Positions 26,036 to 36,691 are shown, numbered from the stretch's first letter. The stretch is 64,000 bases of DNA from an uncultured delta proteobacterium (GCA_963842085.1 CAWJET010000002.1:704001-768000), one strand, 5' to 3'. Notes: generated by a model from the sequence alone, not told the origin. Made by a program: numbers and translations.

Positions 26036-27565
26036 TCACTCCCACTCGATCGTCGCCGGCGGCTTCGACGTGATGTCGTAAACGACGCGGTTGACGCCCT
26101 TGACCTCGTTGGTAATCCGGCTCGAGACGCGCGCGAGAAACGCCGGCTCCAGCCGCGCCCAGTCCGCCGTCATCCCGTCCATCGACTCGACCGCGCGAAT
26201 TGCAATCACGCTTTCGTAGCTCCGCCCGTCGCCCATCACGCCGACTGTCTTGAGCGGCAGCAGCACCGCGAATGCCTGCCACAGTTTGAGTCCGAAGCCG
26301 GCGGCCGCCGTTTCTTCCATGACGATCGCGTCCGCGCGCCGCAGCAGGTCGAGCCGCTCGCGCGTGACCTCGCCTACGATTCGCACCGCCAGCCCTGGTC
26401 CCGGGAACGGCTCGCGCTCGACGACCTCCGCCGCCAGCCCGAGCCGCCGTCCCACTTCGCGCACTTCATCCTTGAATAACTCGCGCAGCGGTTCGACGAG
26501 TTCCAGCCGCATCCGCTCCGGCAATCCGCCGACATTGTGATGGCTCTTGATCACCACCGACGGGCCCTTGAACGATACCGACTCGATCACGTCCGGATAG
26601 AGCGTCCCCTGCCCGAGAAATTTCGCACCCCGCACGACTTCCTCGGACTCAAACACGTCGATGAAAGTGTGCCCGATGATGCGCCGCTTCTGCTCGGGGT
26701 CCAGCACGCCCGCCAGCCGCGACAGAAAAAGCTCGGACGCATCTGTAACCTTTAAATCGATCCCGAGCTGGCCCGCGAACGTATGCTCCATCCGCTCGCG
26801 CTCGCCCGCGCGCAGCAGTCCCGTGTCGACGAACACGCAATGCAGCCGCGAGCCGATCGCGCGATGTATCAGCGCCGCCGCCACGGAAGAATCAACGCCC
26901 CCTGACAGTCCCATCAGTACCTTGTCCGTCGGCCCGACCTGCTTGCGAATCTCCGCGAGTTTGGTCTCGACAAAATTCGCCATTGTCCAGTCGCCGCGCT
27001 CGCCGCAAATTTTCAGCACGAAGTTGCGCAGCACCTGCGCGCCGCACGAAGTATGCACGACCTCCGGATGAAACTGGATTCCACGAACGCGCCCGTCGCG
27101 CGATTTGAACGCCGCGTACGGCGAGTTGTCGCTATGCGCGATCGCGCACAGCGTGCCCGGAAGCGCCTCGACCCTGTCGCCGTGACTCATCCAGACGCGC
27201 TGCTCGCGACCGCTAAGCCCCTCGAACAGCACGTCGTCGCCCTCGATCACCAGCGTCGCGGGACCGTACTCGCGCTGCCGCGAGCCGACGCTGCGCGCGC
27301 CCATGTGCTGCGCGATAACGTACAGCCCGTAGCAGATTCCGAGCACGGGGCAGCCGAGGTGGAGCACCTCGTCGGAAATATCAGGCGCATTTTCCTCGTA
27401 GAGACTCGCCGGTCCGCCGGAAAGGATTATCCCGCGCGGATTCAGCGCGCGGATTTTTTCCGGCGCCAGGTTGAACGGATGGATTTCGCAATACACGTTC
27501 GCTTCGCGCACGCGCCGCGCAATCAGCTGCGTGTACTGGCTGCCGAAATCTAAAATCAGGATCAC
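26036..27565 (-). CDS. guaA: GMP synthase (glutamine-hydrolysing)
   Basis: ILDFGSQYTQLIARR, GICYG, QFHPEV, SGGVDS, IKSHHNVGG, KPPATIEWE. Confidence 0.98.
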   Translation of the reverse strand: MILILDFGSQYTQLIARRVREANVYCEIHPFNLAPEKIRALNPRGIILSGGPASLYEENAPDISDEVLHLGCPVLGICYGLYVIAQHMGARSVGSRQREYGPATLVIEGDDVLFEGLSGREQRVWMSHGDRVEALPGTLCAIAHSDNSPYAAFKSRDGRVRGIQFHPEVVHTSCGAQVLRNFVLKICGERGDWTMANFVETKLAEIRKQVGPTDKVLMGLSGGVDSSVAAALIHRAIGSRLHCVFVDTGLLRAGERERMEHTFAGQLGIDLKVTDASELFLSRLAGVLDPEQKRRIIGHTFIDVFESEEVVRGAKFLGQGTLYPDVIESVSFKGPSVVIKSHHNVGGLPERMRLELVEPLRELFKDEVREVGRRLGLAAEVVEREPFPGPGLAVRIVGEVTRERLDLLRRADAIVMEETAAAGFGLKLWQAFAVLLPLKTVGVMGDGRSYESVIAIRAVESMDGMTADWARLEPAFLARVSSRITNEVKGVNRVVYDITSKPPATIEWE

Positions 27566-27644
27566 TGTATACTGAAATATACCGGACGCCGCGCGGGGTA
27601 AGAAACGCCGGCGCGCTCGACCCTCCACAAGCGATGCGACCGTC

Positions 27645-29096
27645 CTATGCGCGCACCGGCTTGCTTCGCGGCGCGGGCCGGCCGCGAGGCTTGCCGCGCG
27701 GCCGCGCCGGCGGACTGCCCTGCACCCACGAGCGGCCGGTGCGCCGAAAATCGAGCCGCAGCGGAGTGCCGACCAGCTCCAGCGCTTTTCGGAATCGTGT
27801 TTCGATGAAGCGCACGTAATGTGCCGGGATGCCGCGTTCGACGTTGGTGAAAAATCGAAGCCGCGGCGGCGCGCTGCCGACCTGCGTCACGTACATCAGG
27901 TTCAAGCGCCGCCTGTCCACCTGCGGCGGATCCATCGCGGCCGTCGCCTCGGCCAGCGTTCGATTAAGCCGCGAGGTCTGAAAAACTGCGCGCCACGAAT
28001 CTCCCGCAGCAATCGCCGCCGGAATGATCCCATCGACGCCGTCGCCCGTCACCGCCGACGTGAACACCATCGTCGCATACTCGAGGAACGGGTAGCGCTC
28101 GTGCGCGTCGCGGACGAACGCCGCCACTTTGCGTCCCTGCTTCGCCGCGACGTCCCACTTGTTGCACACGATCACCATCGCGCGATCGCTGGTGTCCGCC
28201 AGCCGCGCCAGCCGCGCGTCCTGGTCGGTGATCCCCTCACTCGCATCGATCACCAGCAGCACCACGTTGGCGCGCCGAATCGTTTCGATCGCCCTCCCGA
28301 CCGAATGATGTTCGAGTTCGCCTTCGACCCGCGGCGGCCTGCGGATTCCTGCCGTGTCGATCAACAGCACTTCGCGGCCATGCGACGCGAGCCGCACGTC
28401 CACCGGGTCGCGCGTCGTGCCGGGGCTGTCGTCCACGATCGCGCGCTCGAAGCCCGACAGGCGATTGAGCAGCGAGGACTTGCCCACGTTGGGGCGGCCG
28501 ATCAACGCGAGCCTCAAGTCAGGCGACGCGGCAGCGGCGCTTTCGTTCTTGGGCATTCGCGCTACAACTTGATCGAGCAGCTCATCGACTCCACGCCCGT
28601 GCGCCGCCGAGATGAAAAACAACTCGTCGCCGCCAAGCGCGTAGAACTCTGAGGCATCGGCTTCCTGTCCCGGACCATCGATCTTGTTGACCGCCATGAG
28701 CAGCGGGCATCCGGTTGCGCGCACCAGCGCTAGCGCCTCTGCGTCGGCCTCGCTAAGCCCGGCCTTGCCATCGAGGATGAATACGACAACGTCCGCCACG
28801 CCCACCGCGGCAAGCGCCTCGCTGACAATCCGCTCCGTCATCCGCTCATGCCCGCCAAGCTCCAGGCCGCCGCTATCGACCACGACGAATTCGCGATTGC
28901 CGTATTTGGCGCGCGCGAAGTTCAGATCGCGCGTAGTGCCCGGAATCGCGCTGGTGATCGCGCGCCCGCCCTTGGCTATTCGATTGAACAGCGTCGATTT
29001 GCCCGCGTTCGCGCGCCCCACCAGCACCACGGCCGGCAGTCCTTCGGCCGCAATCCGCCGCGCCTCGGCGCCCGAATCTCTGCGCGCATTCGTCAC
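27645..29096 (-). CDS. der: Ribosome biogenesis GTPase Der
   Basis: Tandem G-domains (GRANAGKS, GRPNVGKS), PGTTRD twice, KH-like C-terminus. Confidence 0.96.
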   Translation of the reverse strand: MTNARRDSGAEARRIAAEGLPAVVLVGRANAGKSTLFNRIAKGGRAITSAIPGTTRDLNFARAKYGNREFVVVDSGGLELGGHERMTERIVSEALAAVGVADVVVFILDGKAGLSEADAEALALVRATGCPLLMAVNKIDGPGQEADASEFYALGGDELFFISAAHGRGVDELLDQVVARMPKNESAAAASPDLRLALIGRPNVGKSSLLNRLSGFERAIVDDSPGTTRDPVDVRLASHGREVLLIDTAGIRRPPRVEGELEHHSVGRAIETIRRANVVLLVIDASEGITDQDARLARLADTSDRAMVIVCNKWDVAAKQGRKVAAFVRDAHERYPFLEYATMVFTSAVTGDGVDGIIPAAIAAGDSWRAVFQTSRLNRTLAEATAAMDPPQVDRRRLNLMYVTQVGSAPPRLRFFTNVERGIPAHYVRFIETRFRKALELVGTPLRLDFRRTGRSWVQGSPPARPRGKPRGRPAPRSKPVRA

Positions 29097-29980
29097 AGTC
29101 CGAACTCCGCGAGCTTGCGCGGATCGCTGGTCCAGTCGCGCTCGACTTTGACGATGATCTCCAAAAACACGCGCGACCCAAGAATTTCCTCGAGCTCGAG
29201 CCGCGCCGCCGTGCCGATCTCCTTGAGCGTGCGCCCGCCCGCGCCAATCAGCATGCCTTTGTGGGACTCGCGATCGACCACCATCGTCGCGCCGATCCGC
29301 TTGAGCCTGCGTTCCGCGTCGTCCTCGAATTTCTCCACTCTGACCGCGGTCGAGAACGGAATCTCCTGGCGCATTTTCAGAAAAATTTTCTCGCGGATAA
29401 TTTCCTCGGCGATCATTCGTTCGGTCTGATCGGTGTATTCATCGGACGGCATCAGCGCTGGGCTCTCCGGCAGCATCCGCTTTAGCGTCAGCAACAGCTC
29501 GCCGACATTTTCGCCGGTAAGCGCGCTGACGGGCACGATTTCCGCACCGGAAAATCCGCAGTTGATTTCCTCGATCAGCGGCAGCAGTTGCGCGCGCGGG
29601 ACGCGATCGACCTTGTTGATCGCGACGAGTGTCGGCCGGCCGAGCGCGCGGATGTCCACCAGCACCGCGCGATCCCCCGGGTTCAAATGATCGCCGGCTT
29701 CAACCACGGCCAGAATGACTTCACCCTCCGCGATTGCGCGGCGCGCCACCTGCACCATGCGCTGATTCAACTGCTTCTTCGCCTCGTGCAGTCCGGGCGT
29801 GTCGATCAGCAGGACCTGCGCGTCGGCGTCGCTGCGGATTCCGAGGATTCGCCGGCGGGTGGTCTGCGGCCTTGGCGTGACGATCGCGACCTTGTGCCCG
29901 ACCAGCCGGTTCACCAGCGTCGATTTGCCGACGTTGGAGCGGCCGGCGACCGCCACGAAACCTGCGCGACGCTCACTCAT
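29093..29980 (-). CDS. era: GTPase Era
   Basis: GRSNVGKSTL, PQTTR, DTPG, NKVD, KH motif IGAGGRTLK. Confidence 0.97.
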   Translation of the reverse strand: MSERRAGFVAVAGRSNVGKSTLVNRLVGHKVAIVTPRPQTTRRRILGIRSDADAQVLLIDTPGLHEAKKQLNQRMVQVARRAIAEGEVILAVVEAGDHLNPGDRAVLVDIRALGRPTLVAINKVDRVPRAQLLPLIEEINCGFSGAEIVPVSALTGENVGELLLTLKRMLPESPALMPSDEYTDQTERMIAEEIIREKIFLKMRQEIPFSTAVRVEKFEDDAERRLKRIGATMVVDRESHKGMLIGAGGRTLKEIGTAARLELEEILGSRVFLEIIVKVERDWTSDPRKLAEFGL

Positions 29981-30734
29981 GGCGCTCGCCGCGCTCTTCT
30001 TCTATCCGGTCCAGCGCGAGGCGTGCGGCCGCCTGCTCGCTCTGCTTCTTGCTGCCGCCTTCGGCCACGCCGAGATCACGGCCCGCAATTCGGATTCGAG
30101 TCGTGAAGCGCTTGGCGTGATCGGGTCCTTCCGTTCCGACCAGTTCGTACACCGGCTGCGTGCGAAAATGCCGGTACGCGACTTCCTGCAATTCGGTTTT
30201 GTAATCGCGCTCCGCGGCCGGGCCGCCGATATCGTTGGTGAACAGGCGCTCGACCACCAGCTGCGCCGGCGCGAGGCCGCCGTCGGTGTAGATCGCGCCA
30301 ATCACCGCCTCGAACACGGCCGCAAGAATCGAGGTCTTCTCGCGCCCGCCGCTTTTTTCTTCGCCTTTTCCCAGCCGGATCAACTCGTTCAATTCAATCG
30401 CCTGCGCCTTCAGCGCCAGCGTGCGCGCGTTCACAATCGACGCGCGCTGCTTGGACAGCGGGCCTTCCTTCGCCGTCGGAAATTTGCGCATCAGCAGGTC
30501 CGCGATCGCCAGATCGAGCACCGCGTCGCCAAGAAACTCCAGCCGCTCGTAATGGAGGTCGCTGCCGACCGACGCGCTCGGATGCGTCAGCGCCGTCTCC
30601 AGCAGTTCCGCCCGCGCGAACGAATAGCCGAGCACACGCTCGAGCTTGGTGCCGGGACTTTCAGGAGGCCCGGGCGCAGGCGGTTGGGTCCGCCCACGGC
30701 CGAACAATCTCCCCAACCAGTTGGGTACCTTCAA
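29973..30734 (-). CDS. rnc: Ribonuclease III
   Basis: ERLEFLGDAVL, FEAVIGAIY, dsRBD DYKTELQE..GPDHAKRF..SKKQSEQ. Start uncertain. Confidence 0.96.
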   Translation of the reverse strand: MKVPNWLGRLFGRGRTQPPAPGPPESPGTKLERVLGYSFARAELLETALTHPSASVGSDLHYERLEFLGDAVLDLAIADLLMRKFPTAKEGPLSKQRASIVNARTLALKAQAIELNELIRLGKGEEKSGGREKTSILAAVFEAVIGAIYTDGGLAPAQLVVERLFTNDIGGPAAERDYKTELQEVAYRHFRTQPVYELVGTEGPDHAKRFTTRIRIAGRDLGVAEGGSKKQSEQAAARLALDRIEEERGERHE

Positions 30735-31992
30735 CGGTTGACGCCTCCACCTCGACTTCGCGATTTGTCAGTTCATCGGGCCCCTGCGTCGATACCCGCA
30801 CGTAGTTGCGGCTGTAGCCGCGCAATTCGCCACCCGGCCCGCGTTCTTCAAGTAACACCTTAAGTTTTGCTCCGACGAACCTTCGTGCGAATTCCACCCG
30901 CTTGCGCTCGCCCAATTCGCGCATCAGCGCCGCGCGCCGCTTGATCTCGGCCGGCTTCACCCGCCCGGAAAACTTTGCGGCCGTAGTGCCGGCCCGGACC
31001 GAATACGGAAATACGTGAAAGTACGCGAGCGGCATCGATTCGACAAAGCTAAAGTACGACTCGAAATGCGCTCCCGTCTCGCCCGGAAACCCGACAATGA
31101 GATCGGTGCCAATCGCCGCGTCCGGCCACGCGCTCAGCACGCGCTCGACCCGATCGCGAAAATAGCAGCGGTCGTAACGGCGTCGCATCCGCGACAACGT
31201 CTCGTCGTCGCCCGACTGCAGCGGCAGATGCAGATGCGGGCAGAATTTTTCGCTGCCCGAAATTATTTCCGCTATCCGGTCGCTCAGCTCTTCCGGATCG
31301 AGCGAGCTTATCCGCACCCGCTCAAGCGGGCATCGCTCGGCGATCATCTCGAGCAGGTCGGCCAGCTCAACCGGCGGCTCGAGATCCTTGCCGTAGCCGC
31401 CAAGATGCACTCCAGTGAGAACGACTTCCTTGAAGCCGCGCGCATGAAGATCGTCGAGCGCCGCCATCACGCGGCGCGGCTCGACGCTGCGCGAGCTGCC
31501 CCGCGAAAACGGCACGATGCAGAACGTGCAGAACTGGTCGCAGCCCTCCTGCAATTTCAGAAATGCGCGCGTATGACCGTCGAGCGTGACCGCGGCCATT
31601 TCAATCTGCGCTTTTTCCTTGCGCAGGTTCGTGACCATCACGCGCTCGCCCGCTCCCGAAGCGGCCGCGCGTTCGAGGTCGTCGAGCCGGCCGAGTCCGA
31701 TCACCGCATCGACCTCCGCCGCTTTCGCCAGCACGTCGGGGCTCGCTTGCGCCAGGCATCCGGTCATGACCACGCGCGCGTTCGGATTGAGCCGCCGCGC
31801 GCGCCGCGCGAGCCGCAGACTCTCAGCGTCGGCGCGATCCGTAATCGTGCAGGTGTTGACGACATAGACGTCGGCTTGCTCGGTGAACTCGCGTCGCTCC
31901 ATGCCGCGCGCGCCCAGCCGCGACTCGATAATGGCCGAATCGTACTGATTGACCTTGCATCCGAGCGTGGCGATTGCGAAGCGCGTCGCCAT
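30661..31992 (-). CDS. mtaB: tRNA t6A37 methylthiotransferase
   Basis: TLGCKVNQY, NTC, radical-SAM CDQFCTFC, HVFPYSVRAGT. Confidence 0.93.
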   Translation of the reverse strand: MATRFAIATLGCKVNQYDSAIIESRLGARGMERREFTEQADVYVVNTCTITDRADAESLRLARRARRLNPNARVVMTGCLAQASPDVLAKAAEVDAVIGLGRLDDLERAAASGAGERVMVTNLRKEKAQIEMAAVTLDGHTRAFLKLQEGCDQFCTFCIVPFSRGSSRSVEPRRVMAALDDLHARGFKEVVLTGVHLGGYGKDLEPPVELADLLEMIAERCPLERVRISSLDPEELSDRIAEIISGSEKFCPHLHLPLQSGDDETLSRMRRRYDRCYFRDRVERVLSAWPDAAIGTDLIVGFPGETGAHFESYFSFVESMPLAYFHVFPYSVRAGTTAAKFSGRVKPAEIKRRAALMRELGERKRVEFARRFVGAKLKVLLEERGPGGELRGYSRNYVRVSTQGPDELTNREVEVEASTVEGTQLVGEIVRPWADPTACARAS

Positions 31993-31994
31993 AG

Positions 31995-33101
31995 TCAGCT
32001 CGCTTGCTCTTGGGTGATCGCCCGCTCGATAAATCCGCCGCCCAGCACTTCCTCACCGCGGTAAAACACGCATGCCTGTCCGGGCGTAACCGCAGGACCG
32101 CCTGCAGCGAAGCGAATCTCCGCGCGACGGTCGGGATCGACGCGCATCGTCGCCGGGATCGCGCGATGCCGATAGCGAATCTTCACCTCAACGCTCAACT
32201 CGCCGCCCGACGCGATCGAATCATCGACCATGCTGACCCGGTTCGCGATCAAGCCAGATGAATCCAGCTCCTCACGGCGCGCGGCCACGACCTCGCCCGA
32301 CTCGGCCCGAATCTCGCGAACGTATAGTCGCTCGCCACTGGCGATCCCCAGCCCGCGGCGTTGTCCAACGGTAAATCGATGCACTCCCGCGTGATCCGCC
32401 AGCCGCTTTCCTTCGCCGTCGACAATCGAGCCGGGCCGCAGTTGCGCGCGGTCGCTTCGCCGCTCGACAAAGCTCGCGTAGTCGCCGTCTGGAACGAAGC
32501 AGATTTCCTGGCTCTCGGGCTTGTCGGCAGTCGCGAGGCCCAGCGCGCGGGCGCGGGCGCGAACGTCGGTCTTGGTCATCGCACCGAGCGGAAAAATCGT
32601 TCGGGCGAGCTCGTCCTGCCCGAGCGTGAAAAGAAAATACGATTGATCCTTGGCCTCGTCGGCCGCGCGCAGCAGACGAAACCTGCCGTCCGCCCCGCGC
32701 TGTATTCGCGCGTAATGGCCGGTCGCGATGTAGTCGGCATTCAGCGCGTGAGCGCGGCTCCATAAGCGATCGAATTTGATCTCGCGATTGCACATCACGC
32801 ACGGATTCGGCGTGCGCCCGCCGAGATAGTCGGAGACGAAGTTGTCGACCACACGCGCGGCAAAGTCGGCGCGCAAATCGATTACGTAGAATGGAAAATC
32901 CATCCGCTCCGCCACCCGGCGCGCGTCCTCGAAGTCATCATGCGAGCAGCAGGTGCCGCGACGCTTTGCAATTGGTGCCGACGGCTCGGGCGCAAGGCGC
33001 ATTGCAACGCCGACGACGTCGTAACCCTGCTCGCGCAGGATCGCCGCGGCGACAGAGCTGTCCACGCCGCCAGACATAGCAACCAGCACTCGCGGCTTCA
33101 T
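31995..33101 (-). CDS. mnmA: tRNA 2-thiouridylase
   Basis: AMSGGVDSS, TPNPCVMCN, ATGHYA, KDQSYFL, ESQEICF, TPGQ. Confidence 0.97.
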   Translation of the reverse strand: MKPRVLVAMSGGVDSSVAAAILREQGYDVVGVAMRLAPEPSAPIAKRRGTCCSHDDFEDARRVAERMDFPFYVIDLRADFAARVVDNFVSDYLGGRTPNPCVMCNREIKFDRLWSRAHALNADYIATGHYARIQRGADGRFRLLRAADEAKDQSYFLFTLGQDELARTIFPLGAMTKTDVRARARALGLATADKPESQEICFVPDGDYASFVERRSDRAQLRPGSIVDGEGKRLADHAGVHRFTVGQRRGLGIASGERLYVREIRAESGEVVAARREELDSSGLIANRVSMVDDSIASGGELSVEVKIRYRHRAIPATMRVDPDRRAEIRFAAGGPAVTPGQACVFYRGEEVLGGGFIERAITQEQAS

Positions 33102-34261
33102 CGCGCGCTCACCTCCGACAGAGGCTCGGCGTCGGCGACGCGCCGCCACGCCGCCGGGATGATCGCCGCGACAGCGTCGATTTGATCCGCCGTGTTGTTC
33201 CACCCGAGGCTGATTCTGAGCGAGCTGCGCGCGTCGGCAATGCTGCGCCCCATCGCGCGCAGCACGTGCGACGGCTCGACGGCTCCTGCCGCGCAGGCCG
33301 AGCCCATCGAAACTTCGACCCCTTCCAGATCGAGCGCAATCAGCATGCTCTCGCCGAGCACGCCCGGGAACGTCAGGTTGAGCGTGTTCGGCAGCCTGCC
33401 GACAGTCGGGCCGTTCGAGCGAAGGCCGGGAATCTCCGCTCGCAGCCGCTCCAACAGAGTGGCGGTCAGCGAACCGATTCGCGCCGACTCCGCGTCGATC
33501 GCATTCATCGCAGCTTCGGCCGCCGCTCCAAACGCCACTGCGCCAAGCAGATTCTGCGTGCCCGCGCGCTGGCCGCTCTCATGCGGCCCGCCAAAAACGA
33601 TCGGCGCAATGCGCGCAGAGTCACGAACATACAGAGCCCCGATTCCCGCCGGTGCCCCGAGCTTGTGACCGCTGAGCGTCATCAGATCGCATCCGAGCGC
33701 GGCCACATCGACTGGAATTCGCCCGGCCGCCTGCGCCACGTCGACATGAAGCAACGCGCCGGTCTTGCCGCAGGTGGATGCGAGCGGCGCGAGATGCTGG
33801 ATCGTTCCGACTTCGGAGTTCGCAAGTCCGAGCGTGACCAGCGCCGTCTCGCTATCGAGACGAGCAAGCACGCGCGCAGGATCGATTCGTCCGTCGGAGT
33901 CGGGCGCGACTCGCACCACTTCAAAACCCCGGCGCTCGAGTTCCGCAAGCGGAGCGAGGATCGATGAGTGCTCGATCTCGGAAGAGACAATTTTACGGCG
34001 CCGCGACGCCGCCGTAATCGCGCCGAAGATTGCGAGATTGTTCGACTCGGTGCCGCCGCTGGTAAACACGAGCTGCCGCGGCTCCGCGCCGACGAGCGCG
34101 GCAACCTGCGCGCGCGCAATCTCGAGCATCCGGCGCGAACGCTGGCCCGCGCGATGCACCGACGAGGGATTCCCCCCGCCATCGGCCAGCAGGCGCGAAA
34201 TCGCGGCGGCAGCCTCGACGCGCAGCGGAGCGCCCGCGTTATGATCGAGATAAATCGGCAT
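33098..34261 (-). CDS. iscS: Cysteine desulfurase (IscS/NifS type)
   Basis: YLDHNA, GNPSS.H, FTSGGTE, SGHK, catalytic GSAC. Confidence 0.93.
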   Translation of the reverse strand: MPIYLDHNAGAPLRVEAAAAISRLLADGGGNPSSVHRAGQRSRRMLEIARAQVAALVGAEPRQLVFTSGGTESNNLAIFGAITAASRRRKIVSSEIEHSSILAPLAELERRGFEVVRVAPDSDGRIDPARVLARLDSETALVTLGLANSEVGTIQHLAPLASTCGKTGALLHVDVAQAAGRIPVDVAALGCDLMTLSGHKLGAPAGIGALYVRDSARIAPIVFGGPHESGQRAGTQNLLGAVAFGAAAEAAMNAIDAESARIGSLTATLLERLRAEIPGLRSNGPTVGRLPNTLNLTFPGVLGESMLIALDLEGVEVSMGSACAAGAVEPSHVLRAMGRSIADARSSLRISLGWNNTADQIDAVAAIIPAAWRRVADAEPLSEVSAR

Positions 34262-34337
34262 GGACGGTTGTGTTCGCCACCAGTGCGGCGATTAGCTTAT
34301 CTTACACTGATCGTTGGAAAAAGACGGGGCTCTTCGC

Positions 34338-35534
34338 GTGACGCAGACAGCATCGAGCGCGAACATAATCGTGATTGGCGCCGGCGTGGTCGGATGCTCG
34401 CTAGCGTTCCATCTCGCGCGCGCCGGGGGGCGCGTGCGCGTGCTCGACAAAGGCGGAATTTGCGCCGGAATGTCGGCGCGGTCGGGCGCGCTGGTCAGGA
34501 TGCATTACACGTTCGCGCCGGAAGCCGAGCTGGCCTGCAAGAGCCTTCATTACTTTCACAACTGGAGCGACATCGTCGGCGGGCAATGCGGTTTCGTCGA
34601 GACTGGCTTCGCGGTCGTGGTTGACGAGTGCAACGCGGCGCGGCTGTGTGCCAACGTCGCGATGCTCCGGCGGGTCGGCGTCGATACCGAAGTTGTGACC
34701 GCGGCGGAGCTGCGCCAGCGCGAGCCTCACGCTTTCGTCGAGGATGTCGCGCTCGCCGCGATCGAGCCGCACAGCGGATACGCCGATCCGGTCGCGACGA
34801 CGAATGCTTTGGCGGCCGCCGCGCAACGGCACAGCGCGGAGTTCTCGACGAACACTCTCATCGCGAGAATTATGAATCGCGGCGGACGAGCCGCTGGAGT
34901 CGTCGATGGCGGCGGGCGCCTCCACGAAGCCGATGCGGTATGCGTCGTGGCAGGACCGTGGACGGATGTGCTCCTCGCGCCGTTGGGTGTGAAAATTGGA
35001 ATCAAGAGCGAGCGCGCGCAGATCGCATTCTTCAAACGGCCGCCTCAACTCAAACATTACGTCTACATCGACACGATCGCGGGCAGCTATTTTCGCCCGC
35101 ACGGCGACGACCTGACGCTGGCCGGCCTCGGTGGATGGAAACCCGAGGCGGAGGCGAATCCCGACGATTTCCGCGAGAGCAACGACGACGACTTTGTCGC
35201 GGCGGTGCGCAAGCGGCTGGCGCAGAGGATTCCCGCGATGACCGACGCACCGTACTCGCGCGGACACGCCGGAATTTACGATGTCAGCCCGGACGCACGG
35301 GCCGTGATGGGCCCGGTGCCGGGAGTCGAGGGACTGTTCGTTGCGGCTGGCTTTAGCGGGACGGGGTTCAAGACCGCGCCGGCGGTCGGCGCGTCGATGG
35401 CTGAGCTGATTCTGACCGGTACCAGCACCACGGTCGATCTCACGCCATTTGGCTTCGAGCGAATCCTCGGCGGGCAGATGATCGAGAGTCCGAACGAGTA
35501 CGAGATGGGCGCAGGCTTCGGACACAAGCTGTGA
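34338..35534 (+). CDS. FAD-dependent oxidoreductase (DAO / sarcosine oxidase beta-like)
   Basis: IGAGVVG, SARSGALVRMHY, GYADP, YDVSPD, GFSGTGFKTAPAVG. Confidence 0.9.
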   Translation: MTQTASSANIIVIGAGVVGCSLAFHLARAGGRVRVLDKGGICAGMSARSGALVRMHYTFAPEAELACKSLHYFHNWSDIVGGQCGFVETGFAVVVDECNAARLCANVAMLRRVGVDTEVVTAAELRQREPHAFVEDVALAAIEPHSGYADPVATTNALAAAAQRHSAEFSTNTLIARIMNRGGRAAGVVDGGGRLHEADAVCVVAGPWTDVLLAPLGVKIGIKSERAQIAFFKRPPQLKHYVYIDTIAGSYFRPHGDDLTLAGLGGWKPEAEANPDDFRESNDDDFVAAVRKRLAQRIPAMTDAPYSRGHAGIYDVSPDARAVMGPVPGVEGLFVAAGFSGTGFKTAPAVGASMAELILTGTSTTVDLTPFGFERILGGQMIESPNEYEMGAGFGHKL

Positions 35535-35630
35535 TGTCGGCGAAAAAATGGGGCGACATCAGATCTGCCGTTTGTTACGATCGCCTCGGACAAGGCGACC
35601 GCATTTTCAATTTTCAAAGGAGAGACGAAA

Positions 35631-36653
35631 ATGTCGAACCATTTTACCGGACTCAGTCTCGGCCCTCCTCTCGGGGACCAAAGACTCGACCTCTGCGACC
35701 TCTATGCGTTCCAATCGCCCGCGGATCCGTCGAGGACCGTCATCATCCTCAATGCAAATCCAAACGCCGACGCGCTCCATCCCGGCGCCATCTATCGCCT
35801 CAACATCGACAACGACGGTGATTTGCTGACAGATATCGCGTTCAGCTACGTGTTCTCGAAGCCGCAAAACGGCAAGCAAACCTTCAACGTATTTCTGGCC
35901 AAAGGCGCGGAGTCGCGCTCCGTCGAAGCTGTCGGGAAGAAGATCGTAGCCGATGCCGATGTCTCGTTCGGCCCCAAGCCCAACATCGTCAAGGCGGGCG
36001 ACTACAAATTCTTCGCCGGCAGTCGCAGCGACGCTTTCTTTTTCGATTTCGACGGCATCAAGGCTTTGTTCGACATCAGGGGCAAACGGAATTTCACTGA
36101 ACCTCACCTGGCCGCGCTGGGCGGCAAAACCCCATGGACCGGCGTCGATTCCAATACGCAAGCCAACGTCTTCTCGACGGTGGTCGAACTGCCGACGAGC
36201 GAACTAGCCCCGAAGCCCGAAATACGTATCTGGGGACGATGCAGCGTGCGGCAGGACGGCAAGCTGCTCCACGTCGATCGCGCAGGCCATCCGAGTGTGA
36301 GTAGCTTCTTCAACACCGACGACACCAAGCTGGAATACAACGCCAGCGAGCCGGTGAACGATCGCAAGCGCTGGCTCGATCAGTTCGTGCATCTGATGGG
36401 GCATACGGGAAACTACACGCGCGAGGAAGCGATTGCCGCGATCGACAAGGAGCGCACTCTGCCCGACGTGCTGAGTTTCGATCCGTCGAAGCCGGCGAAA
36501 TATCCCAATGGCCGCGTCTTCACTGACGACGTGATCGATTACCGCCTCGCGTTCCTGACTAAGAATGAATGTCCTCCTAGCGGCCTGAAGCCGCATACCG
36601 ACACTCTCAAGGAGTTCCCGTACATCGGAACGCCGCATCAGAAGAAGAGCTAG
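35631..36653 (+). CDS. DUF4331 family protein (no signal peptide)
   Basis: SNH, DLCDLYAF, YRLNIDNDGD, FFAGSRSDAFFFD, DRAGHP, YPNGR..DDVID, FPY; AAGGAG RBS. Confidence 0.88.
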   Translation: MSNHFTGLSLGPPLGDQRLDLCDLYAFQSPADPSRTVIILNANPNADALHPGAIYRLNIDNDGDLLTDIAFSYVFSKPQNGKQTFNVFLAKGAESRSVEAVGKKIVADADVSFGPKPNIVKAGDYKFFAGSRSDAFFFDFDGIKALFDIRGKRNFTEPHLAALGGKTPWTGVDSNTQANVFSTVVELPTSELAPKPEIRIWGRCSVRQDGKLLHVDRAGHPSVSSFFNTDDTKLEYNASEPVNDRKRWLDQFVHLMGHTGNYTREEAIAAIDKERTLPDVLSFDPSKPAKYPNGRVFTDDVIDYRLAFLTKNECPPSGLKPHTDTLKEFPYIGTPHQKKS

Positions 36654-36691
36654 CGGCGCGCGAATCCTCGCTCACAGGGACTGGCGTATCG

